A stretch of DNA of 64,000 nucleotides from Vicugna vicugna (Eukaryota): contig MU058198.1 of the NCBI GenBank assembly GCA_013265495.1, forward strand, positions 3,794,419 through 3,858,418, given 5' to 3'. Positions 38,482 through 48,551 of this stretch are shown one piece after another. Numbering within the stretch: position 1 is the first letter of the stretch; each line of letters begins with the position of its first letter. A program made the translations under genes and the position numbers. The notes under the pieces were generated by a model, which saw only the letters and a list, made by a program, of their open reading frames with translations, searched no databases and had not been told where the DNA came from.

Positions 38482-39292
38482 CAGTGTTTGGCTTTTCCAA
38501 TATCACGGGTTTGAACTGCCCCGGTCCACTTGCATGGGGATTTTGTCAATAGTAAATACTACAGTGCTATACGATCCACAGTTGATTGATTCTACTGAGG
38601 CGGGAAGCCCCATCAAAAGACCGGCAGGACCCCCAGGCAGGGCCACTACTCTCCTTCCAGCACCATCTGGTTCCGTGGCCCAGAAGCTCTATCTCACTTT
38701 CTGCCTCTGAAACGGCTAACTTACACCTAAAATTCTATTGGTTCCCTGAGCTTCTGATTGGTTATGTCCTTCACTCCTGATTGGTTATTATTCTCATTTC
38801 TGATTGGTCCACTTCCCTAACTTCTAATTGGTCCGTTTGTAGTACTTCATTTGCATGGAGCTCACTCCTGATTGGTTATTTCTCTCACTCCTGACTGGTC
38901 TATTTCTACAACGCTTGTTCCTGGTTGGTCAACTTCTGTTATACTTTATTTGGATGTTGCAAAGTGTAAAACTGGCAGCCTATAAAAGCCTGTGTAAACC
39001 TACAGATGGGGTCCAGAGCTTGGAGTGTTAACTCATCTGGGCCTGCTGGGGTAATAAACCTGAGTTCTCCAACTCTCCCAGCGCTGCTTGGTCTTTTGCC
39101 GGGATCCAGGTTGCTGTCACAAATGAGCTGTAACACCAAGCTGTAACACATTTTTCTGCAACACTACAGGTGTAGAACCAGAACCTCAGATGCAGAAAAA
39201 CTGCATCTACATGTAGAAGGGCAGAATACAAGTTACTCTTAAATTTTTGACTGAGCCAAATGGTTGCGCCCTATCTGTTCAAAGGTTGACTG
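38482..39292. mobile_element. Tigger2/MER8-like non-autonomous DNA transposon, split by the solo LTR
   Basis: TA flanks, CAGT...ACTG ends, internal cacgggtttgaactgc...gtccactt...caatagtaaatactacagt and tgttcaaaggttgactg. Confidence 0.75.
38596..39163 (+). mobile_element. Solo ERV LTR (568 bp, ERV1-like)
   Basis: TG...CA termini, 4-bp TSD CTAC (38592-38595, 39164-39167), TATAAAA at 38981, AATAAA at 39053. Confidence 0.88.
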
Positions 39293-39629
39293 TATGTCCA
39301 TCTGCTAAAATTGAAAAAGGGTGAAACAAATTAAGGAGTCTATTTTTGTCATAAAATAATAATTTTGGAGATAAGGAGTCCTGGCTTTGGATGGTGGCTC
39401 CATGATGCTCTTAGGGACCCAGGCTTCTCCAATTCTGTTTTATTTCTCAGCCATCTTTAACACGTGCTTGTCACCTTATGGTCACAAGTCAGCTGATGGA
39501 CCTCTGGCACTGAGTTCCAGCTCCAGGCAGGCAGGAAGAGAAGGGTAAGGGCTACACACTGTTAGCAAAGTCTGACCACCAGCTGCCTTGAAGTAGATCT
39601 TACAGACCACAGAACAACTCTTTTTTCCC

Positions 39630-39900
39630 CCATTTTTTATTGCAGTAAGATATATGTAACATAAAATTTGCCACTTTAGGTGTACAATTTAGTGGCATTA
39701 ATTCCCTCCACAAGGTTAGGTAACCATCACCACTATCTCTTTCTACAACTTCTCGTTCCATGAAACAGCACCTTAACCATTAAGCAGTAACTCTCCATTC
39801 TTTTCTCAGTCTCTGGTAACCTCTAATCTACTTTCTGTCTCTACGAATTTGCCTATTCTAGGTACTTCTTATCGTTGGAGTGACATGATATTTGTCCTGC
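39630..39900 (-). mobile_element. Old L1M 3' end
   Basis: ttttttattgcagtaagatatatgtaacataaaatttgcc...ctggtaacctctaatctactttctgtctctacgaatttgcctattctagg. Confidence 0.75.
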
Positions 39901-40008
39901 TCAGTTTAAATGGAACTTCCTCTGTAAGGCTTTTTCAAGGACCCCCAGTGATATAAATTGTCTCCCACCTGCATTTCCCCTAGCAGAGTGCCTACCAGCC
40001 CTCCTTGA

Positions 40009-40640
40009 TGTTTTAGGTAGCGGTCCTTGGAAGCAGAGCCTGAGGCAGGGATTCGAATGCACGTGACTTCCAGAAGGAGTGATCTTTAGGAGAAACCTGT
40101 GAGGGAGTATGGGACGTATGGGAACCAGCACCAGGAAGATCAGTGAGTCTCCACCGGGGACTTCCCAGAAGAGTGGCATTAGCTTCACCAGGGAACTTGC
40201 CAGAAGTGAAAAATTCCATGAACCACCCTAGAAACTCTGTGAATGGAACCAGTAAGCTGTTGTTTAACCAGCTTTTAAGTGGTGTTGATGCACACTCAAG
40301 TTTGAGAACCACAGGAGAAGGAGATAAAGTCAAATATGGATGTGGTTCCAGGTAAAATCTAGCCTTGGTCTGACCCATGGAGGACTCCAGAGCAGAAAGC
40401 CCCGCCTCTGGCAAGAAGGCAGTCCTTTGCACACCTATATCAGCCACTCATTGACTGTAGGCTGTCCCCGGGGGGGTGGGAGGGTTCCTTGGGTGAGGCA
40501 GCTCCTATCACTGAGAGCAATTCCCCCAAGAAGGAGCAATCAAGAGCTGGCAGAGGGGGTGGAGAGGTCCAGGATGGGGCTGCAAATGCACCAACCAGCA
40601 AAGGGGGTCTGGGCATCTATGGGTGCTAGCGGCATCTACT
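40009..40640. mobile_element. Old LTR (MLT/LTR16-like) with an internal MER5-like fragment
   Basis: tgttttaggtagcggtccttggaagcagagcctgaggcagggattcgaatgcacgtga; MER5-like gatgcacactcaagtttgagaaccac at ~40285-40312. Confidence 0.55.
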
Positions 40641-41253
40641 GCCGTTGTTTTTATTTGTTCAATGATCTCTGTCTTCTCTGTTAGACTGAGAGTGTTGCCG
40701 AAGATCGGCCCCTGTCCCTGACGAGCCAAATTGAAATTCAGAGACTGGGTCTTAGAGCATAGAAGAAAAGAGACAGCTTTATTGCTTTGCCAGGCAAAGG
40801 GGACTCACAGCAGGCTGGTGCCTTCAGGACTGTGAACCCACCTTGGGGGTGGGGCAGGGTGATTACAGAGCCAGAGCTCAAACAATACAACATCGATAAC
40901 CATCAACAGTCATTTTCTCATCGTAAAACTTAGAGTGGCATCATGGTGACTCCAGGTGACCAATTCTACAGAGGCTAGCAGTTGTCTGTCTCTTTTTTGC
41001 TCTCTTTATCTCATAAGAGCCCAAGGCATGGTCTTCTTGGTAATTCAGGCTATTTTGTAAGGTTACAGTTCTATGACCTTCTCCCTGGAGAACAAGTCAG
41101 GAACCAAGCGTGATTATTACTTTCAATTACTGGAATAAAGCAGAAATGGTAAAATTAATAGCTTTATTTTAACAATGGGCCTGGACCTGTGAGCAGCAAC
41201 TGGTCATTCAGGTTAGTTGACCATGTTAAGAGCAAGGATAAGAATAAGCAATC

Positions 41254-41365
41254 AATGAAAATGAATATATGTATGTTCATGTATGACTGAAGCGTTGTGC
41301 TGGACACCAGAAATTGACACAACATTGTAAACTGACTGTACTTCAATTAAAAAAAAAAAAGCAGC
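41254..41365 (+). mobile_element. Short L1 3' end with poly(A), nested in LTR A
   Basis: aatgaaaatgaatatatgtatgttcatgtatgactgaagcgttgtgctggacaccagaaattgacacaacattgtaaactgactgtacttcaatt(A)n; direct repeat AGCAATC at 41247 and 41366. Confidence 0.85.
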
Positions 41366-41395
41366 AGCAATCTGTTAGCCTAAGCGCGGCCATTT

Positions 41396-41791
41396 TGATA
41401 CAGGAAAACGGATGTGGGGCGTGAGGAGGGCTGAGTCCCAGGTCTCGGTTGAGCCCTTGGGATGTGCCCTGCCAAGTGTCAGTCCTTGGCTTCGTGCAGG
41501 AAAGAATTCAAGTGCGAGCCACCGTTGAGTAAAGGTAGATGTATTTAGAGAGGAATTGGGCCACCGCCCATTCGTTGGCCTTTTGCGGTTAGCCTTGGGA
41601 CTGTCACGGCGCCTGCGGGCATGCTATTTGATCAGCTGTTACAATGAGCATATAATGAAGCTCAAGTTCTCCTAGAAATCAAACCTCTTAATCCTCAAGG
41701 CCCACTAGGAGGTGAATCTTCCACCATTTTGGTGTTAAATTGCTGTCATTCCTTGAGTGGCTCTGCCCTGCCCCCCTTCCCTCCTGTCTCA
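41396..41791 (-). mobile_element. Solo ERV LTR (B) nested in LTR A
   Basis: Termini TGATACAGGA / TCCTGTCTCA (9/10 inverted match) and 4-bp TSD ATTT on both sides. Strand inferred from resemblance to known LTRs. Confidence 0.8.
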
Positions 41792-41989
41792 ATTTTATTA
41801 ATTCTCCTTCAAAAGTTCCAGGTGATCAAGAACAAAATCTTTCTTGCTTATTATTGACTGAACAGTGCCTATCACAGTGTGTGAAATCTAATAATTATTT
41901 ATTAAGTTAATTGATTAGTTAAATGCTAATTGAGTGCCTACTGTATCCTGGGCACTGATCCAGGGTCTTGTAATTTATTTTTTCCCTGT

Positions 41990-42365
41990 TTTTTTCTATT
42001 GAAAGTATAGTTGATTTACAATGTTTTATTAGTTTTTGGTGTACAGCATAGTGATTCAGTTATATATATATATACATTCATTTTTCATATTCGTTTTCAT
42101 TACAGCTTACTGTAAGCCACTGAGTATAGTTCCCTGTGCTACACAGTAGGACCTTGTTGTTTATCTGTTCTGTACATCGTAGTTTGTATCTGCTAATCCC
42201 AAACTCCCCACTTAACCCTTCCTTTCCCCTTCTCCAGCGGGCAACCATAAATTTATTTTCTATGTTTGTGAGTCTCTTTCTGTTCCATAAATATGTTCGT
42301 TTGTGTCACTTTTTTAGATTCCACATGTAAGTGATATTGTATGATATTTGTCTTTCTCTGACTGA
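41990..42365 (-). mobile_element. L1 3'UTR fragment
   Basis: Closely similar to the L1 3'UTR at 6850-7220 (ttgatttacaatgtt...gtacagcatagtgattcagtt...gattccacat). Confidence 0.9.
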
Positions 42366-43023
42366 TGTGACTAAGTTAGTTGTGAATTCTTTTGCTCCAG
42401 TTGGGGAGGTGACAATAAACACATAAACACATACATGTATACATTTACGTACGTGTGGACATACACAGGATGATGTTGGATATTGATCAATGCTATGGAG
42501 AAACACAGAGCAGAAGGAAAGGACAGAGAGAAATACGAGGTGCTATTTTAGACAGAGCAGTTAAAAATGGATTCTCTGAGAAGGCGACATTTGAGCTGAG
42601 ATATGAATGAAGTGAGGGACTGAACCATGAGAAAGAACATCTGGTGGCAGCAACTTGTATGTAAATTCAAGATTATTTCAAAATGAATGTTTTCTCATAC
42701 GAATGACTTCTCAGGAGAGAGCATTCCAGGCACAAGGAATAGACGGATGAATCACAGAAAACACCTGGCATTTCTATACTGATAAAGCAGGAGGTAGCCG
42801 GGAGAGATGGACAGGTGGCATGCTGTTTACTGTTTTCATTTATTTATTAATTGACTTTAAACATTTATCAAAGTATACATGCACAAGATTTTTTTAAAAA
42901 TCAAGTAAAATCAAAGGGGCTGTGATACAAATCAGCTCCTGGTCCCACTCCAGCCCCTGCCCACAAAGGTTACCACAATTAGCCGTTCCTCTCTTAGTTT
43001 ACCTTACTTCACTCCAAATAGAG

Positions 43024-43210
43024 GGTTTTTTAAAAATTTATTTATTTTATTTTTTTCTAAGCCAGCATTTAATTTTTTTTCTGTTTATTTTTGGTGTGTG
43101 TATGGAGTGGTAATTAGGTTTATTTATTTTTAGAGAAAGTACTGGGGATTGAACCCAGGACCTCACGCATGGTAAGCATGCACTCTACTGCTTGAGCTGT
43201 GCCCTCCCCA
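43024..43210 (-). mobile_element. tRNA-derived SINE, vic-1-like (Camelidae)
   Basis: Same family as the 29655-29817 copy (gtactggggattgaacccagg...ctctactgcttgagc); TSD CCAAATAGAG at 43014-43023 and 43211-43220. Confidence 0.88.
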
Positions 43211-44867
43211 CCAAATAGAGTTGTTGAATAGTAATGGTTCCTCTATTGGTTATCTTTGTAACTTTCAATAATATACTCCAACCTCCAGTTCTTCCATCAG
43301 CTATAGACAGTGCATCTTGGCTGTTCTCTTTGTAATTTCAGGATTGCCCTTCCCTGCTTCAACCACCCGCTCCTTTCACTGCTATAGACAATAGGAAATG
43401 AACTTGCAAGTACCTGGGTACAATATAGAGAATGGGGGGTTTCAGTGACTGAAAGAAGGTCAATGAGGTTAAAGTTTTAGTAATAACGTGAGGATATGTT
43501 TTATAACGATACTTCGCTTTCAGTGCTTTTTCTATAGGTTGAATCTAAAAGTGGAAACCTAATAACTAGACTGTGTGAAAACATCAAGGGGAAATTACAG
43601 GATGGCAGACAGTATACCCTCGGCCTATGTCTGCTTGGTTTTCACCATCTCCTTAGCTTACACTCGTATGGGTGACTTTTCTCTGATGTTCCTTGGAGGA
43701 AGGGCACAGAAAAAGGTGAAGCTGTTTTGGTACCACTGGCACCCAGCCCACTTCTACCTCTAGCAGAGGCTCCCGTATCTTCAGAACCCTTATATCCTGC
43801 CATGTTGCCTTCTCATTCATGACTGTGTTTTACCGCTGAGCCCATTGGCATCATCAGGGTGGTTCCAAAAGTGAATCACGTGGGCTTTTCATAGCAGTCT
43901 TTTGAGATGTCCTGAGAATTACTCCTATTCTGAGAACTCTCCTCCTTTCCCCACCTCACAAAGGCTGGTCCCAATAGCCATGTCTACACTACACCACCCT
44001 GTCTCCATGACCACAGCTGGCTGGGCCAGGAAGTGGCACATGGCACAATTAGTTTGTCTCTCCTGGAAATTTTGAATTGAGACTAAAACTGCCCAGTTGA
44101 GTCTGAGTGGATCGTTTGGATAGAGGAGACATAAAAACTCAAAATCTGGCTTCCATCTTGAGGATCAAAGAATAGAGAAGGCAAAACAATCTTTTCCAAC
44201 TCAAGACATGGAAAGATGCAGAGATGAAAAGTGGAATGAATGCCAAGACTCCTGCTGGCTTTTATTTCTTGGTTTTAGCTCTTTGCTGAGGCCTGATAGT
44301 GTCTTTGCTTGAAAGTTCCTTGAAATAGCACCATATCCTTATACCAAATCCCCCAGTTTCTTAAGCTAGCTCCAGAGAGTGTCTGCTATTTACAGCCAGA
44401 ATGTACCGATAAATATCCCCAACTATGTAATGGGCTCCTGTAGGGGTAGGAACTACATCTTGGTATTCTCCAAACTGCTAAGCAGAATGCCTTGTCCATC
44501 GTAGGCACTCATGAAGCATGTATTGAATTGAAACAGCTAATGATACTCCTTCCTAAATGGCACAACCACTTTTTCAGATATTGACCCTTCCTGAGATAAG
44601 AGTTGATTTATGAGTTGATGAACAGAAAAAAGTCATGGATACATCTTCAGCTGCTCTACCATGAAGAGTCCCATGGATGAGAAAAAAAAGAAGCTTTAAT
44701 AAGAGAATCAGACATCAGTTTCAAGTTGTCTGAGTGCCTCCCAGTCTCCTGCGACATTAGAAGGATCAGAGAAGGTCATTAGCAAACACAGAGAAAGAGC
44801 CTGGCTCCATCATTATAAGGAAAGACAGTGCTTTGAATCTCTAGGGTCCCTGATTGAGCTAGTGAAA

Positions 44868-44883
44868 GAGCCCTCTAGTGGTG
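44868..44883 (-). promoter_or_regulatory. CTCF-like motif
   Basis: Reverse complement is CACCACTAGAGGGCTC, close to the CTCF core CCACYAGRKGGCRC. Confidence 0.5.
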
Positions 44884-46903
44884 AAAATTGGAAATTACAT
44901 CTAGGCTTAGACGCTGATTTTACACACCCAGGTACACACACCTACACATACGATTGAATGAAAGGATGAGGTTACCCCCTAGTAAGTGGGGAGGCATCAT
45001 CGGGATAACTGATGGCCTCCCTTCTTCTGCACGCCCACTCCAGTCAGGTGTTCTGACTCGCTCTAAATGCAGGTTCAGGACTTCCCATACTCAGCTTTGC
45101 CCCTGGGCAGGAGTTGCAAAGGATAATCCTGCCTCACCAAGCCAGAGGCTCAGTATAAAGCTCCATTCTTGTATGTTGGTCCTTCCTCTCTTTCAGAAAA
45201 ATTGTCCACATCCTGACACATGACTGTCACCTTCATCTGCCTGAGCTTGTGACCGATCCCCCCAACTCTGCACTGTCTACCTAGATACCAGATTCCTTCT
45301 GCTGGACCTTCTGGGAGCCACATCTTGTCTGTCTGGGCTTACATTACAGAGCCAAGGAGGTAGAGATGGGACTACTCTTGTTTTGCTGTGGGTCTGGTTG
45401 GAGTAATTGGAGCACACTCTCCCAAAGCCCACTGACCTTCCCATCACGCGATGCTGCTTTGGGGAAAGCCCTTTCTCACTCCTATCAGAGCAAGGGAAGA
45501 AACAAATGAGTCCTGGAATAGTTGCTTTGATCAGTATTCATTATTTGATATTATTTAAGTTTCTAAGAGAGAAGAAAGAAAATTTCAGTAATTTAATAAC
45601 CCTTCTCAGGAAAGACTAACTTTACCTCTATGTTATATGTGGCTTTTTCCTTTAAAAAAAAAATCAAGGTAGGACACTTTATTGAGAAGCAAGTTTTCTT
45701 TTCAGGAAAGAAAAAACAATAAATAACTTATAGAAGGCCTTGCACACCTTCCCCCATTATCTCTTATTATTCTTCTGGGGCATGGCTAACTGTGATCCTG
45801 GCCCCAAGTTTATCTGTTCTATTTTGGTTATGTGGCCAATTTTCAGTATTTCTGCTTCCTGCCCACAAATTAGTGTTTGTGATCCAAGACACATGCATAT
45901 GCAAGTAAGTGCATGTAGGGGCACAAACCTACACTATACCTATACTTAGGCATGTACACCCACAAATGCACACAGCTATGCATTTGCAGCAGATGCAGCC
46001 TATGACACCACAAGCATGTACAGTCTTATACTTACATCCCTGTTTTACTTCTACAACAAATTCCCAGGCTTTCAGAACTCGTAACTAAGTTGAACACAGT
46101 ACAGATAAACATTCACGCACAATCACACCACGACTATATATTCAAACCTACACATGGATGGGCAGGTATATCTAAGACCAAGAGCCAAGCCTTCAAGTGA
46201 ACTTAAGACCAAAAAAAGAAAAAAAAAAAAAAGTGGCAAAGTCACTGAGAAGTTGTGAGTTGCATTTGAGACCTCTTCAGTGCACGGCTGCTACTCTGTC
46301 ATCTGGATAGAAGCTCTCAAACAGTTAGAGATGGCACCAGGGGACTCTGTGTATCTGTAATTACCTCCCATTATATTTTTGTCCAGTTAAATAACATTCA
46401 AACATGACAGTTGGTATGGACACATTTCAGGGACTGCAGAAACAGTTCAAGCAGCCTCAGTTCCAAACACCAGATCTCTGGATATCTGTCCCAACATGCC
46501 ATAGGAAAAAAAAAAATAATGAGGGCATCCTGTGGACTGTCCTTAGTCTATCTGGTGTGTGCTCAAATATATGCCAGAATACATAGTAATAAAATGCTGG
46601 TTAACTACTGATTCTTTGCAACATTGACTATTTCTAAGGTAGAGTCTCACTAGCTTTCAGGAACGCAGTAACATTTGCACTTTAGACTAACAACGAAAGC
46701 AGACCTAACTTCACCTGCCTCCTGGTCTAACTTAGACAAGGATGTTAACAAATGAACATCCCAGGGACCTTTGGAGAGAATCTGACATTTTCAGTGACTC
46801 TCCCACTTTGAATCCATCACCACCACCCCCCTCCAAATGGAGGATTGTTAAAATATGTGTGTATTCAGAGACCAATATCTCACACCTCCTCGCCCCAAAT
46901 CCT

Positions 46904-46964
46904 ACATATATATATATATGTATATATATATATACACACACAGACACACACACATATACATACA
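46904..46964. repeat. (TA)n/(CA)n compound microsatellite upstream of the CACNG3 promoter
   Basis: Direct reading. Confidence 0.92.
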
Positions 46965-47546
46965 ATAGAGTCTACATACTTCTAGCTCCTTCTGTCTTTT
47001 AGGAATACATGATCATATGTATATGAACAGTTCCGGGTCTGAACTGAGCACGTTGTCTCCGGTATAAACCAGAGCTCCAGAGAAAGGAGGGTAGACATAT
47101 TGGTTTGTTTTCTGGGGAACCAAATTGAGACAGACTATACACAGATGTGCCTGTGGCAACACTTTTTGCCTGCCCAAGTGAGCCATAGAACCGAGACCCA
47201 GAGTCGCCGGGCTCTTTAAGAAGACTCGTCTTCCCCAGTGGGCTCCAGCGGCGCCCGCAGCAAAAGGCAAACTTGCCTGGCTCATTGGTGGGGGGGAAAT
47301 GCCGCGTTGGGTGGGAGCTGAGAGAGCGCCAGAGTGCGCTGCGGACTCCTTTCCCCTTCCCCTTTCCTTAACCCTTCCGGGGGCGGGAGCGGAGGAACAG
47401 GGTCGTGTTGCAGCACTAAGGAGCCGGGACACTGACTGCCCTGGGCTCCCGAAACTTTGCGCGGAGCGTGGGCTTGACTAGGCAGAGCCGAGCGGGCTGG
47501 CTGGCCTGGGAACGGAAGGGGGAAGGGCGAGGGGGAAGACCGACCC

Positions 47547-47713
47547 TTCAGCACCCCAGGTCTCTAGCCCGGGCCCCAGAAAGGCAAGGCGGGGGTGCAG
47601 CAGAAGCAGAGGAGCTGTCCCTTCAGCACCACGGACGTAAAGCCTGGGCATTAGGAAGGCGGAGGCGGGGCAACAGGCGGGGAGCTGTCCCTTCAGCACC
47701 GCGGACCTTTGCC
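47547..47713 (+). promoter_or_regulatory. Cluster of three REST/NRSF RE1-like elements
   Basis: RE1 left half TTCAGCACC at 47547, 47622 and 47692. Copies 2 and 3 continue nnGGAC as in the canonical TTCAGCACCnnGGACAGCGCC and are preceded by GGAGCTGTCC, the reverse complement of right half GGACAGCTCC. Confidence 0.75.
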
Positions 47714-47884
47714 CTCCGATGAAACCGCCCGGCCCCAGCCCCAGGACCGTCTTTTCTCCAGTTTGAGCGGGGGTGTCGGGAGCAGGCGGAGAGCTTTCCT
47801 GGGAGGCTGGGGAAGCAATGAACACTCTTCTCAGCGACTCGCCTCCCAGCAGTGCTATTTTTTGCCATCCGCCCTCACCCCCAG

Positions 47885-47930
47885 CACACGCGCTCGCACA
47901 CACACGCACGCTCGCACACACACACACACA
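47885..47930. repeat. (CA)n/(CG) alternating purine-pyrimidine repeat at the CACNG3 5' end
   Basis: cacacgcgctcgcacacacacgcacgctcgcacacacacacacaca. Confidence 0.92.
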
Positions 47931-48340
47931 TAGACCTCTCTGGATTTCTTTGCCTTGAGTCTCCCGGGGCTGTGAGGAGCCAGGCGCATCTCAAACCGAG
48001 CTGGCAGCTCCAGGCTTCAGAGCCATGCCCTGCACGGACCCTCATCCTTACCAAGCTCCCGAGGAATGAAAGGAAGCCAGGGACCCTCAGAAGGCGGCAG
48101 TTATGTGGACCAACCCCCTGGAGCCTGCACCCTTCGGAGGGCCATAGGAGACCCAAGGAACTGGAGAGAGCTCCAGACAGGAAACCCCAGCTTTCCCAAA
48201 GTCCCTGTGGATGCTGACAAAAGAAGACTTGAATTTTTGGAAGAGCTTGTTCTAGGTTACCCAGCTGCAGAGTGATTTTTCCCCTCTGGCATTGAACCTC
48301 CCTCTCCAACCCCCAGCCGTCCAGAGTACCATGAAGAATT

Positions 48341-48551
48341 ATGAGGATGTGTGACAGAGGAATCCAGATGTTGATCACCACTGTGGGAGCCTTCGCAGCT
48401 TTTAGTTTAATGACCATTGCAGTGGGCACGGACTACTGGTTATATTCCAGAGGTGTGTGCAGGACTAAATCTACAAGTGATAATGAAACCAGCAGGAAGA
48501 ATGAAGAAGTAATGACCCATTCGGGGCTGTGGAGGACCTGCTGCCTAGAAG
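48341..48551 (+). CDS. CACNG3: Voltage-dependent calcium channel gamma-3 subunit (TARP gamma-3), exon 1 coding part
   Basis: [70 protein letters not shown](G) has the claudin/TARP GLW motif and the gamma-3 N-terminus. 211 nt ending at the donor AAG|GTATTT. PRKCB-CACNG3 adjacency is conserved mammalian synteny. Confidence 0.98.

Larger units (their letters stand above)
40693..41811 (-). mobile_element. Solo ERV LTR (A) containing a nested L1 tail and a second LTR
   Basis: TGTTGCCG...CCTTCA termini, minus-strand AATAAA (TTTATT 40778-40783), near-TSD AGAG/AAAG. It interrupts an L2-like ttagactgagag|ttccaggtgatcaagaac. Confidence 0.7.
47190..47930 (+). promoter_or_regulatory. CACNG3: CpG-rich promoter / 5' region of CACNG3
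   Basis: Sharp rise in GC and CpG, inverted CCAAT (ATTGG 47284-47288), GC box GGGGCGGG near 47380, directly upstream of exon 1. Confidence 0.85.

Noticed and set aside
47611..47706. CRISPR-like repeat-spacer array
   Set aside because: Only two exact copies plus a partial third, mammalian context, no cas genes; better explained as RE1-like promoter repeats.
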